Below are positions 27,484 through 45,064 of a stretch of 64,000 nucleotides of DNA, in pieces. The position numbers and the translations under genes were made by a program. The DNA comes from the human T2T-CHM13v2.0 reference genome, Homo sapiens. Within the stretch, counting starts at the first letter, position 1. Each line of letters starts with the position of its first letter. The notes under the pieces were generated by a model, which saw only the letters and a program-made list of their open reading frames with translations, was not told where the DNA came from and did no database searches. The DNA lies in NCBI RefSeq assembly GCF_009914755.1, contig NC_060926.1; one strand, 5' to 3'.

Positions 27484-27660
27484 GGGCCTGTCATGGGGTG
27501 GGGGGGTGGGGGAGGGATAGCATTAGGAGAAATACCTAATGTAAACGACAAGTTAATGGGTGCAGCAAACCAACACGGCACATGTACACATATGTTACAA
27601 ACCTGCACATTGTGCCCATGTACCATAGAACTTAAAGTATAATAAAAAAAAGAAGAAAAA
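27484..27660 (+). mobile_element. Nested 5'-truncated L1PA5/6 3' end inside host ORF2
   Basis: Interrupts cacagaatta|gaaaaaactactttaaa; carries ggagggatagcattaggagaaatacctaatgtaaa...aacttaaagtataata plus A tail. Confidence 0.92.
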
Positions 27661-29236
27661 GAAAAAACTACTTTAAAATTCATACTGAACATAAAAGGAG
27701 CCCATACAGCCAAGATAACCCTAAGCAAAAAGAGCAAAGCTGGAGGCATCATGCTAACTGATTTCAAACTATGCTACAAGGCTGCAGTAACCAAAATAGC
27801 ATGGTACTGGTACAAACACACACACATAAACCAAGGGAAGAGAATAGAGATCTCAGAAATAAGACCACACATCTACAACCACCTGATCTTCAACAAATCT
27901 GACAAAAAATAGCAATGGGGAAAGGGTTTCCTACTTAATAAATGGTTCTGGGAAAATTGGCTAGCCATGTGCAGAAAACTGAAACTGAACCTCTTCCTTA
28001 CACCTTATACAAAAATTAACTCAAGATGGATTAAAGACTTAATTGTAAAACCCAAAACCATAAAAACCCCAGAAGAAAATCTAGGCAATACCATTCAGGA
28101 CATAGGCATGGGCAAAGATTTCATGATGAAATTGCCAAAAGCAATTGCAACAAAAGCCAAAATTGACAAATGGGATCTAATTAAACTAAAGAGCTTCTGC
28201 ACAGCAAAAGAAACCATCATCAGAGCGAACAGGCAACCTACAGAATGGGAGAAAATTTTTGCAATCTACCCACCTGATGAAAGTCTAATATCCAGAATTT
28301 ACAGGAAACTTAAAACAAATTTACAAGAATAAAACAACCCCATAAAAAAGTGGGCAAGGGACATGAACAGACACTTCTCAAAAGAAGACATTCATGTGGC
28401 CAACAAACATGTGAAAAAAAGATCAACATCACTGATCATTAGAAAAATGCTAATCAAAACCACATTGAGATACAATCTCAATGTCATAATAGAGATTATT
28501 CAACAGTCAAGAAACAACAAATGTTGTTGTGACTGTGGAGAAATAGGAACGCATTTACTCTGTTGTTGGGAACGTAAATTAGTTCAACCATTGTGGAAGA
28601 CAGTGTGGTGATTCCTCACGGATCTATAACTGGAAATACCATTTGACCCAGCAATCCCACTACTGGGTATTTTCCCAGAAGGAATAAAAATCATTCTATT
28701 ATAAAGACACATGCACATGTATGTTTATTGCAGCACTATTCACAATAGCAAAGACATGGAATCAACCAAAAAGCCCATCAATGATAGACCTGATAAAGAA
28801 AATGTGGTATATACCTACTGTGGAATACTATGCAGCCATAACAAAGAACAAGATCATGTCCTTTGCAGGGACATGGATGAAGCTGGAAGCCATCACCCTT
28901 AGCAAACTTACCCAGGAACAGAAAACCAAACACCACATGTACTCACTCATAAGTGGGAGTTTAACAACGAGAACACATGGACACAGGGAGAGGAACAACA
29001 CACACTGGGGCATGTCGGTGAGTGGGGTAGGGAGAACATCAGGACAAATAGCTAATGCATGCAAGGCTTAATACCTAGGTGATGGTTTGACAGTGTAGCA
29101 AACCACCATGGCATATGTTTACCTATGTAACAAAACTGCACGTTCTGCACATGTATCCCACAACTTAAAGTAAAATAAAATAACAAAAAAGTTGGACCCT
29201 GACAGTAAAGCTGAAACACTATAAAATATTTACCTG

Positions 29237-29310
29237 TAAAAATAAATAAAATAAAATAAAATAAAATAAAATAAAATAAAATAAAATAAAATAAAATAAA
29301 ATAAAAATAA
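29237..29310. repeat. (TAAAA)n microsatellite
   Basis: About 14 units. Confidence 0.95.
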
Positions 29311-29722
29311 AGGTCATTGTAGGTGGATAGAGTTTCGTTCCAAATGAAGGGATTTTGTTCTGTGTTCCCTCTTATGCGGTGTTCTGGTCCCAATCCTGTT
29401 AGAGGATGTATTCTACCTTCACTTTACTAGACTTTTCAGCACAACCAAAGCATTTTTTAGATTAGCGTCTAATTATTATGCTAGTTTTATGTTATTAGAG
29501 ATGTTTGGGGTAGGAGAAGCCTAAATTTGATAAGCAGTACTTTAGGGAGATTCAAAAATTTAAATTCATAGACTTATTGGTGTTGCATTCAGTGCTTCGG
29601 TGTATTCAGTGTTGTATTCAGATTCAATATTATTATTATAATTGCTATTATCTTATAATAAATATATAGATTACAGGAAATATTTGTCTGTGTGGTTTTT
29701 TGTGAAGATAAATTAGAAATTC

Positions 29723-29896
29723 ATTATGGGTTTCAGGCCAAGTGCTTTTAGGTTAATTTTGTCAACATGAAGACTTTTTTATAAATAAAACCATATTTCT
29801 TGAAATGAACTTATTTTCAGGATAGACATTCTAAATTATTCAATTATATTTATTGGTGTAACTGGATCTAGAAAAAATAAATTAAATGCATAACTA
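29723..29896 (+). repeat. ~175-bp direct duplication, copy 1
   Basis: About 90% identical to 31640-31814; flanked by a ~40-bp direct repeat (29672-29713, 29915-29953). Confidence 0.93.
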
Positions 29897-31639
29897 GTTT
29901 CTGTATATATCAACTACAGGAAATAATTGTGTGGTTTTTTTGTGAAGAGAAATATCTTTGAATTGTATTACTAGGTATAATTCTCAAGAAATAGCCCTCT
30001 GCTCAGTTTTGAAACTAGTCTCCAATAAGAATAAGTATTGTAAGTAAATGTATTTGGAATCATTTTCTCTGAATAGATGGTTCTACACCCTGCTTGCTAA
30101 ACATTTATTTCTTATGAATTAAGTTGAATACCTGAGTATCCTAGCCTAAGGTCCCAAATTTTTCCATTTGCCAAAATTGGAAAGGTTAAATTTATAACCT
30201 TTCTAATGACACTTGGAGCTGAACAATGATTCTTGATAGAGGTTATTATGCCAATATAGAAATTCTTCCTACATTTACAGAAGAAAACTATATACTGAAA
30301 CAAGAATGCTACACTTTGCTTACCTCAGCACCTTTTTTTCTTTCACTTTAATGTTGACAATTAGAATTTACCATTAAGGATATTGCTACCAAATGATCTC
30401 TGTAGTTTAAGTCAAATTTATGAGGTATAGTATGGGAAAAATTGTAGCTTCCTCATCTTTGGAATTTAATAAAGTCTTCATGTTCAGTTTAAATTTTTTG
30501 ATTTATTGTTTCTGCAATAAAGAGAATATCTCTCTTTTAATGCTTTTAAACAGTTACATTCAGACATATTGGCCTGTTCGATAATTTATTAATGTTTGCT
30601 TCCTTATGATCTTACTAATAAGCAATATGACCAAACTTAAAGTAGATTCAAAGTGTCTCAGTTTGTATTCTGTATTACCCATGCTTCAATTTTTAAAAAA
30701 TAAACTGGAGGAATAAAATCTCAATTTTGGGAAAAGAGAAACTATATTATACACACAAAAATTAAATATATAGAAATTGTCAAACTTCCCTGCAGATATA
30801 ATACATTCCAAAAACAACAATCCACTTGACTAAAGTAATTAGTAGCAATCAAACTGACTTATAATTGAGTGGAAAATAAAACCAGGTGAAAAGAGAGTGC
30901 TATGTGGTGCTCCCAGATGGGTTAATTGCACTAAAATCTTAATGAAGTATCTTAATTTCTAATAGAAATTGGAACTGGATACTAACATTTTTTCCCTGCC
31001 TTTGATGTCAAATCAAAGCAAAGTTTTTCTGAACACTTTGGTATGATATTACTAAATATGCTGCTGATAGTTCTTTCTACATTGTTTATTTTTCGTGGTT
31101 GTCTTAGGATAGACTATCTTCATTGCCTAGTCCAAAAAATTCCGACTTTGATACAAGCCAAAATTTCTTCTTGCATGTAGTACACATTCCGAATACTTAT
31201 AGTACTCTTCTTAAACCTTGGGTTTTTGTCGAATTTTTCCTATTTTCTAGGTTGCTTTGATTGAATTCAGGAGATCCTACTTTGTACTTGAATAATTTTC
31301 AAGAACATTTTTTTCTGAGTCTCTCTCTTGCTGGCCTTTCTTTCTCTCACTACCACCACCCACCACCTCATCTCATATCACATTTTTTCTCAATAATTCT
31401 TGAGAGTGGGGCCTTAGATGAGCAAGTCCTTCACTTTTTAAATGACATTAAAGTTTTATAAAGATCTTAACCACATGGATGAAAGTAGGAAGAAAATAAA
31501 ATAGCTGCAATTATCAAACATTACACGTGAAAGCAAGTATTTCCTTTCATTTCATAATTTTAAGTAACTGCTTTGTTTTCAGAAATCTAGTCACTATATT
31601 GAAATGTGGAACATGTAAAAGCTAAGAAATTAAAGCTTT

Positions 31640-31814
31640 ATTATAGGTTTCAGGCCAACTGCTATTGGGTTAATTTTGTCAACATGAAGACCTTTTTAAA
31701 AATGAAATCATATTTCTTGAAATAAACTTATTTTCAGGACAGACATTCTAAATTATTCAATTGTATTTATTGGTGTAAATTGATTTAGAAAAAATGAATT
31801 AAATACATGAACTA
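31640..31814 (+). repeat. ~175-bp direct duplication, copy 2 (probable source)
   Basis: ggtttcaggccaa...ttaattttgtcaacatgaagac...agacattctaaattattcaatt shared with 29723-29896. Confidence 0.93.
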
Positions 31815-33179
31815 ATAATAGTTTCTATAAGATCACTGTGGCAAATTTTGCTTCTATACTTCACAGTTAAAATTTGCTATCTGGCTACTACAGACAGCAG
31901 CCAGTGAATCTCACTCAGCTTTATCAAACTATTGCTTGGCAATTCCTCATGTAGGGGATTGTATTTAAAATTTTCTTTGCCTTATGAACTGACAAGTTGA
32001 TTGGCCTTCAGGCCTGGGATCTTGGGTCAGGCCATTGGTAAAGTTCAGTGGCTAAGAAAGAGGTCACTGATTACTATTTATAATTTGTTTTCTGATAATT
32101 TTAGCATGCACATGAACTCAGAGGCCATGGGTTGCAGTTTATAAATTAAAACAAATGAATAAAAATATGTACAACTAATTCTGGCCATTTTCAAAGCACT
32201 AAGATATTTGTTATATTCATTTAAATTAGTATGACATTATGCTTAACTTTAAGGCAGAGGTGGACAATAACAAAATATCATCTTGTCTGTTTCTTCTGAA
32301 TTTTCAGATGAGTATTTATAAAAATAACACTGATGAAAAATTACAAAAGTCATAACAAAATATTAAAGGGGGACTATATTCATTTAAACCCAATTAGTAA
32401 TTCTTTATTGCTATTTACTTTATTTCTTAATATTCAAGACTTTAAAAAATTACTTTATCTGTTTTATATTTACCATATAATGTTTCATATAAAAAATATC
32501 TTCTAGGCTTCTTGTCATTGGTAAATCTTCATCTCTTGCTATTTATTATTTATCGGTAAATTCTACTAATAATTTTTTGGGGTCAATGGTTTTATTCTGC
32601 TTGACAAACAAAAATTTGATATAAAATTTCTTATAGTTTTGTAGCAAATTTTGTTCTTATACTTAGTTAAGAAAATTCTTAATACCTTAAAAGAAGATAT
32701 AACCATACTTTAAGTGAGTATTTTACTAAAAACAAAAAAACAAAACAGTAAATTAAATTTTTGTCTGCACACTAAGCATTAGTTAAATCAAAGTTTTTAT
32801 AAATGTTATATAATAAATTAATTCTGAAAATGCTTTCTTTCCATTTGTATTTTCTTTTTGCTTGATTTTGATGGGACTCTATATCAATGAGGAATATAAG
32901 GTCATTTCAAAAGAACATGATTATATAACCTAAATCTAATCAAATTGGGAACAACAAAAAGAGGCTGGAGATCAGAAATTTAGCTATTTTTAACATCATC
33001 CTTATATGCAGAGGGCATAGGAAAAAGAGATTCTATGTTATAAAAATGCTCAGTAATTACTCAAAAATTACTTGACATGAAAATAATATACATGAGAATT
33101 TTAATAAAAAAGAGATGAATAGAAACTAACCTAGAGATTACCCAGATGTAAAATTTAACAATGAATTTGAAGCAATTAT

Positions 33180-33865
33180 TATGAGTCTGTTCTGTTTCAA
33201 CATGGATGAACCTAGATCACATTCTGTTAAGTGAAATAATCTGGACACAGAAAAACAAATACTGCATGCTCTCACATCTATGTAGATGTAAGTTCTGTAA
33301 AAGTTAAACTCGAGCCAGGCACAGTGGCTGACACTTATAATGCCAGCACTTTGGGAAGCTGAAGTGAGTAGATTGCTTGATTCCAGGAGTTCAAGACCAG
33401 CCTGGGCAACACGGCAAAACCTCATCTCTACAGAAAAATACAAAAAAAAAAAAAAAAATAGTGGTGCATGGTGGTGCACATCTGTAGTCCCAGCCACTCA
33501 GGAGGCGTGGAAAGATCAATCAATCCCAGGAGATAAGGTTGCAGTAAGCCATGATCACACCACTACACTCCAGCAAGGGTGACAAGGTGAGACACTGTTA
33601 AAAAATTAATAATAAAAATTAAAACTTACACTTATAGAAGCAGAGAATAGTATGGTAGTTGCCTGGGACTGGAGTGTGAGGGAAATGGGAAGATGTTAGT
33701 TTAAGGATACAAACTTTCAGTTATAAGATGAAAAAGTTCTGGGGATCTAATTTTCACCATGGGTAGTGATAGATGTGTGTTAATTTCATGTGCTAATCAT
33801 TATATAATGTATACATATATCAAATCATCACATGTACACCTTAAATATATACAGTTCTTATTATA
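33180..33865 (+). mobile_element. L1MA9/L1MB-type 3' end, interrupted by an Alu
   Basis: caacatggatgaaccta...aagtgaaataa; atagaagcagagaatag...aaactttcagttataagatg...tacaccttaaatatataca. Confidence 0.8.
33312..33618 (+). mobile_element. AluJ
   Basis: Diverged dimer with J-type ccaggagttcaagaccagcctgggcaaca; TSD-like aaaagttaaact/aaaattaaaact. Confidence 0.88.
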
Positions 33866-33959
33866 AAACCAATTATTTTTAAAGAACATTAGAAAATATG
33901 TAAACATAAAATGCAAAGATGACAATATTGCCATAAGATAAAAAAGTAATTTTTAAAAA

Positions 33960-35686
33960 GGCAATATTATATTGAGATATATTCCAAATAAGGAAATTAA
34001 TCAACATACACTAGAATAAACATGTAAGTCAAAGAAAAATTATAAAGAAAATTTAAAAATATTTTGAAGTGAATCATAATAAAATACATCATATCAAAAT
34101 TTTAGAGATGCATAAAGAACATTTATGCTATAACGAAAATAAGAACAGAACACTTTGAAAGAAAAATATTTAAGAAAATTAACAAAGACAAATATCTGTT
34201 TTTTGAAAATATACAATTTGTAAAAATCTTAGTAAGAGTTATCAAACAAAAATAAACCAAGGATTTGAGAGAACTCACATTTTCCCCATTTTTCCACTTT
34301 GTGGGCAGCCTTGGATATAGACTTGTGTGACAAGATGTCATTGAAGGAATGCCTTGACAGGACATTTATTTTTCTGGTGAGAGAGAATAGGAAAAGAAGA
34401 ACTTGTGGTTAAAATGCTGAAGGAAGTCTTTATTAACTTTTTATGCTTTTTTATCTTGTTGCTTAGTCCTGAGGGTGATCCCAAGAGAGTGAAGCTCAGT
34501 CATAGTGAGAAACAAAGTTTCTGAGAATAAAACCTATTTTTCTAGCCAGAGAACCAAGAACTGGAAAGTGTAACATAGAGAAAATCTACATTAAGTGATC
34601 CGGAGAAAACGATGCGCTAAATGTGCATATTAACTCATAAAACTCTTGGGCTAATCCCCAAATGGAACTTGCGCAAGATAAAACCAAAACAACACAGAAC
34701 ATGCTGAGAACTAACTATAAAGTCAACTGCAGCCCAAATCCAAGACTAACCACTAAAAGGAACATGGGCAATATAGAGCTCAGTCATTTAGAAAAAGCTG
34801 TGAAAATTGAACTTATATTAGAACCATTGCCCACAGAAGTTGACATACAAGACTGATCAAACCTAACCAAGCTTATTGTCTGCAAAAACAAACAAAAATT
34901 AACTTTGAAGTGAGTATTAACAGCAGCAATAACCCCACAATATACTTTTCAAAATTTCATAGATACATCCAAAATTACTTGACATACTAAGAACTAGAAC
35001 AATGTGACAAATTCCAAATGGTAAAAGTAATGTCGATTTCAAGATGGCTTAAAGGTTGAAATTATTAGTTAACAACTTTAAAGCACCTATTATAACAATG
35101 CTTCTTGAGGTAAAGGAAAACACTTGAAATGAACAGAAAAATTTAAGTACTCTTCTGACAAAACCTGTATTAAAAATATAAATTTTGGTACAAAAATATA
35201 TTAATAATAAATGAATTTAAAACGCATTCACTTGATTGGATCAAGATGACAGAATAAAGAGTCCATGCACTTGAAGATAGATCAATAGAAATTATACAAG
35301 CTTAAAAATAGACAGAAAAACTTGAAAAATAACAGTCTCTGAAACTTATAAAACATCAAAAAATAATAGCATTTGTCCCAGAAAGAGAGGCAAGAGATTA
35401 GTGTGGAAAGTATATTTGATGAAATGGTGACCAAAACCTTTTCAAATTTGGTGAAAGACATAAATTTATAAATTTAACAAGCTCAGCCATCTTAAACAGA
35501 ATAAACTCAAGGAAAGCCATTCCTAGACACAGTGGATTCAAAACACTAAAACCCACAGATGAAGAAAAATTATTGGAAGCATCCAGCGAAAAATGGCATG
35601 TTAATGGTCCACATTGTTTTATATAACTATGGATAAACCAGACAGGCCAGGAGGCAGTAAAATGAAACATTTAAAGTACTGAAAGA
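33960..35686 (+). mobile_element. Old L1M fragments (ORF2 piece, then 5'UTR/ORF1)
   Basis: tttaaaaatattttgaagtgaat...atatcaaaattt; cttgaagatagatcaatagaaattat; aggccaggaggcag...atttaaagtactgaaaga. Confidence 0.6.
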
Positions 35687-35708
35687 GCGGTCTGTTCAGT
35701 ATTTTGTT

Positions 35709-36043
35709 GATGAGTTAATGTCCTTTGAAGGGACATGGATGACACTGGAAACCGTCATTCTCAGCAAACTAACACAAGAACAGAAAACCAAATACCGCAT
35801 GTTCTCACTCACAAGTGGGAGTTGAACAATGAGAACACGTGGACACAGGGTGGGGACACATCACACACTGGGCCTGTTGGGGGAAAGGGAGCTAGGGGAG
35901 CGATAGCATGGGGAGAAATACCTAATGTAGGTGACGGGTTGATGGGTGCAGCAAACCATCATGGTACGTGTATACCTATGTAACAAAACTGCACATTCTG
36001 CACATGTACCCCAGAACTTAAAGTATAATTTAAAAAAAAAAAA
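35709..36043 (+). mobile_element. L1PA7-type 3' end
   Basis: cattctcagcaaactaacacaagaacag...atacctaatgtaggtgacgggttgatggg...aacttaaagtataat plus A12. Confidence 0.9.
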
Positions 36044-36105
36044 CACCATGACACAAGTTTATCTATGTAATAAACCTGCAATTGTACCCCTAAACTTAAA
36101 GTTTT
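36044..36105 (+). mobile_element. L1PA13-16-type 3' tip
   Basis: ccatgacacaagtttatctatgtaataaacctgca...tgtacccctaaacttaaag. Confidence 0.7.
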
Positions 36106-36109
36106 TAGA

Positions 36110-36890
36110 AAAGAGAACAACTGGAAAGGAGCATGAAAAAATTCTCTGAAGTAATAAAAATGCTCTATATATTAATAGGGATGGGGATTACATGGCTGTT
36201 AGCTTTTGACAAAATTGAGTTAAAGCCTTCATTAATGCATTTCATACTTTGTAAATTTTATCCAAATAAAAGATAGAATAGTAAATAAATATCAAATTTC
36301 TTTTTTGTAGTAATATTTTAGTAATTTTGAAACTACTTTCTGTGTGTTATAGGCTTGAACAAATGAATAAAAATTTTGAAAATAATGAAATCCCAGTTTC
36401 TCACATTTGGGAATTTGAAATATCAATATGAACTCATAGTTTTTAAGACAGATAGACATAAACAAATAGATGAAGAAATGATATGACGTATGTCATACTC
36501 CGTTTCTCTGCCCACTAAGAAAGAGGGCCTAGGAGCAATGACAGGTAGAAAATGAGCACACCTAGTACACTGATCTTGGTTTCTAAATACCATTTTCCAT
36601 TAAAGTTTGCCAGGGCTTTATGAAGAAAAAGCTGACTCCAAGCTTGAGATATGAAAGTTAATAAATGAGCCTGAAATATCTTCTACTGTGTTCAATAACA
36701 AAATACTCAAAGAATGATGGAGACACATCAAAAAGACATAAATTCCAGATTTAAGACAGTCTCACTGAACAAATGTAATATACACTGGGAACCAAAAATA
36801 AACAATGATATTTATGGAATACATTGCACAAAATATAAATCCATGAGTAATCCTAATGAAAATAAATTAACAAATAAATAGAAAACTGTA
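36110..36890 (+). mobile_element. L1MC/MD-type 3'UTR
   Basis: gagggcctaggagcaatgaca...aatgagcacacctag...gatcttggtttctaaataccatt. Confidence 0.6.
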
Positions 36891-38045
36891 GAGTTTATCA
36901 GACATTCATAGCTGTTTTTAGGAGGATGTATCTGTTTCATTATACTGGTGAAAAGAGAATTTCTTACAATCAAATTGGATTGCTAAATATATACCACCGT
37001 GGCTTATACCTCATATGAACATAATAAACATCTGTAAAATTTGGGAATAAAATATAGTAAGAAAAGCAAGTGATATTATATTCACTCAATGGTTTTCTTT
37101 TCAATAAAAATACCAATATAATGTTTTCAATTAATATTGAGACAATTTATCCAAACTACATGTTTTTATCATGTTTCAACAGATTACTTACTCAATCATA
37201 GAAAAAACTACTCCTCCAAACAGCAGTCTCTTCTCGATGCTTTCCATGATAGAGTTCCCAAATATTTCACAAGGGAATCCCATACAGAGAAGAAGAGACA
37301 CACACACTGCCAGAAATGGGACAACAGGGAGCTTACTAGGATATTAATACACGTGAGTTACAGTAAATTAACCTAAATGAAGAGCTGCCACATACAGCAT
37401 TGTGCCTACCGATTGCAAGTGAACAATTCTGGATGAACTGCCAGCTATCACTTATTCACTAGGCATCAGTAATGTTTGCTTCTAGTTGCAACAGTGACAA
37501 AGAACAAAATTTGAGACTAGTTTTAGTAATTTTGCTCCTGTTATATTCTCAAACACAGAATATGCATTATTTGCTATTGATTATTTTTATTTGTAAAGGC
37601 CATGAACCCCAAATTCTGTTATAGTTTCAAATTTTGCTAACCTAAATGCTTAAAAAAATACTTGTCATGTCTTTTCTTGTTTTAATTTGCAGTTATTCTC
37701 TTCTAACCCTTTTTTCCCTGGCTTTCACTAATATACATGACATTAAGCATTTGTCAAAACCTATAGAACTTTACAACACAAAGAGTGAATATGAATGTAT
37801 GTAAAATCCAAGGATCTTCTTACTATTCCATGCTTGTGCTCTATGAGGATATCTCAATAAAAGATAACAGGAGATGTGACACTGAGAATCTGTAAGGTTT
37901 CATATGGCACATAAATTGAGCTATTTACTTTTTTCCCTGGAACACAGTATCTACTATAACAGAATATGAATGGAAGGAGGTGTTTGGCATAAAAAGCTGA
38001 GGCTGTGATGTTGACTTGAAAGTTAGTGGATGAAATGAATCACTT

Positions 38046-42170
<4,125 letters not shown>

Positions 42171-42392
42171 CAAGTTTTGCTTATTTTCTTGTGGATGTTT
42201 TAAGCTTAGATTTCTCTTCCTTCTCTAGTTTTCTATGATAGAAACTTAGATTATTGATGTTAGATATTTCTTTTCAAAAATATTCACTCAATTCTATAAA
42301 TTTTCATCCGAGTACTTCTTTGGCTATATCAAATTTTGGTAAGTTGTAATTTCACATTTATTTATTAAAAAATATTTGCTTAACTTGCTCTG

Positions 42393-42700
<308 letters not shown>

Positions 42701-43248
42701 ATTCCTGGGGACTTTGTTAAGCTATGCATTATTTAGAAGTGTGTTGTTTAATGTAATGTAATGTAATTCTATTGATTTCCAATTTAATTTTATTGTGCTC
42801 TAAAAGCATACTTTTTATTCTTTTAAATTTGTTAAAGTGTGTTTTATGGCCCAGAATGTGGTCTACCCTGGTGAAGGTTCCAAGCTTAAAAAGAATGATT
42901 ATTCTGCTGTCCCTGGATGTAGCATTCTATAAATGTCAGTTGGATTCAGCTGATTAATGATGCTAGTCATTTCATATATATTTTTACTGATGTTCTACCT
43001 GCTTGGTCTATCAAGTGAAAAAGAGATTTTTAACTTACTTTGATGTATTTAGACCATTCACATTTAAAGTAATCATTGATAGAGTAGGGTTAATATCTAC
43101 CATGTTTGTAACTATTTTCTAATTTTTTGCACTTGCTCCTTCCTTCCTTTTACCCCTTTTCCTGCCTTTTCTGGTTTTAATTGAGAATTTTATGTAATTC
43201 CATTTTTCTCTCCTTTTCTAACATATCAATTGTACTTTAAAAAATTGT

Positions 43249-43409
43249 TGTCCAGGCGTGGTGGCTCACACTTCTAATCTCAGCACTTTGGGAGGCTAAG
43301 GCAGGAGGATCACTTGAGCCCAGGAGTTCAAGGTGGCATTGAGCTGCGATCATGCCACTGCACTCCAGCCTGAGTGACAGAGCAAGACCGTGTCTCAAGA
43401 AAAAAACAA
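43249..43409 (+). mobile_element. Monomeric Alu (FRAM-like or left/right-arm recombinant)
   Basis: Left-arm start (ggctcacac...cagcactttgggagg) joined to right-arm end (gccactgcactccagcctg...gtctc). Confidence 0.8.
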
Positions 43410-44701
43410 ATGTGTTTCCTAAAGTTTGCAATATGATTGTAAAAGTAATGTAATTCTTGTTTGAATTAACACTAGCACTTCTCAACTAGTGCAGGTACAT
43501 ATAACAGAGTATACTCAATTCCTTCTTCCAGTTCTTAAAGAGAACATTGCAGTTATTCGTTCATTTATTTATCTGTTATAATCACACAATACATTGCTAC
43601 CATTATTACTTTGAACAATTCTCTAAGTCAATTAAGAATAAGAAAAATAATAAATATATTTTACCTTCATTTGCTTTTTCTCCAGCACTGTTTATGTAAA
43701 TCTGAGTTTCTGATTTACATAAAGTTTCTGATTTTCTGCTAATCTGGCTGGGAGTTGAGCTGTGATTGAAGGTTGCCACAGTTATAGGTGTCAAGATTTT
43801 CTAATTTCCCCTATGGCTGTTGTTTTACCCTTCTTTGTTATATTTTAGTTCCCTAAGGATTCCTTCTAAAATACAGTCTGTACCTTGCAGCTCCTCCAGC
43901 TCTAATCAACTGTTACTATACCAGAGCCCTGAGTGTGGGTGTTCTATGATGTTATGATTAAATCTCAGTCTTTTAGTGGCCTATATCCCTGTGCTGTGAC
44001 CTTTATAAGTGTTTCTTATGTTGTTTTGTTGTTTGTTTCCCTTTCTTCCTTCTGAGGTGAGGTAGGAAGGCTAGACTTGACTAGAGTTGGGTAATTGCCC
44101 TTTCGCAGAATAGGTAAGATAAATTTCTGATAAAATCTTCTTCGCTAGATTATAGGCCTTTGTTATATAAAACACACTGGGCATATTTCAAGTGTTCACT
44201 TCTTTCCTTCTCTGCCAATGACTAAAGATGTTTTTTCTTGGCTCTTCACAATGACTACCTGAAGGAGCTCCTGGAGGTAAAACCCATGGAAGTGTGAAGA
44301 CTCTCTAAGACTGAATGCCCAGGAGCGTCCCACTCTCAGGCTAGCTCACACCCCGCATCCAGAAGTTTATCACAAATACTATATATGTCCCTTCCAGTTT
44401 ATGGCTCAGATGGCTTCTGCTCCACTAATGTAATCTCAGCTGTGCTTCTGTATACTAATCTCTCTTTTCAGATTTCAAAATAGTGATTTTCCTTGTGTTC
44501 TCAATTCTTTGATGGATCCAAAAATAGTCATTGATTCTGTTTCTTTAGACTTCTTCTTGTTCTAGAGAGAGAAGTAATGATTTTCCAGCACTGTACATAT
44601 AGGAGCTAAAAGTAAAAGTCCTCAAAACTGGTTTGTAAAATAAGAAGGCACCTTGATGAATTCTATGCTGGTAATTGAAAAACTTACATGCAACTCTGTT
44701 A

Positions 44702-45064
<363 letters not shown>

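Larger units (their letters stand above)
22441..29190 (+). mobile_element. Full-length degenerate L1PA (L1PA8A-L1PA11 type)
   Basis: 5' caagatggcc; ORF1 remnants (24054-24680); ORF2 EN start MTESNSYITILTLSVNGL at 24993, RT and C-terminal remnants; 3'UTR and A tail; TSD AACA(T/A)AAAAGTT at 22429 and 29182. Confidence 0.95.

Noticed and set aside
27169-27642. 157-aa ORF, the longest in the window
   Set aside because: Chance fusion of degenerate ORF2 with the nested L1 3'UTR
24054-29071. L1 ORF1/ORF2 ORFs as active genes (also 38314-40881 and 55570-57850)
   Set aside because: Broken by many stops and frameshifts
29191-29313. Possible 3' transduction ending in the (TAAAA)n tract
   Set aside because: The better TSD match (12/13) lies directly after the first A tail at 29182; the distal candidate is weaker and low complexity
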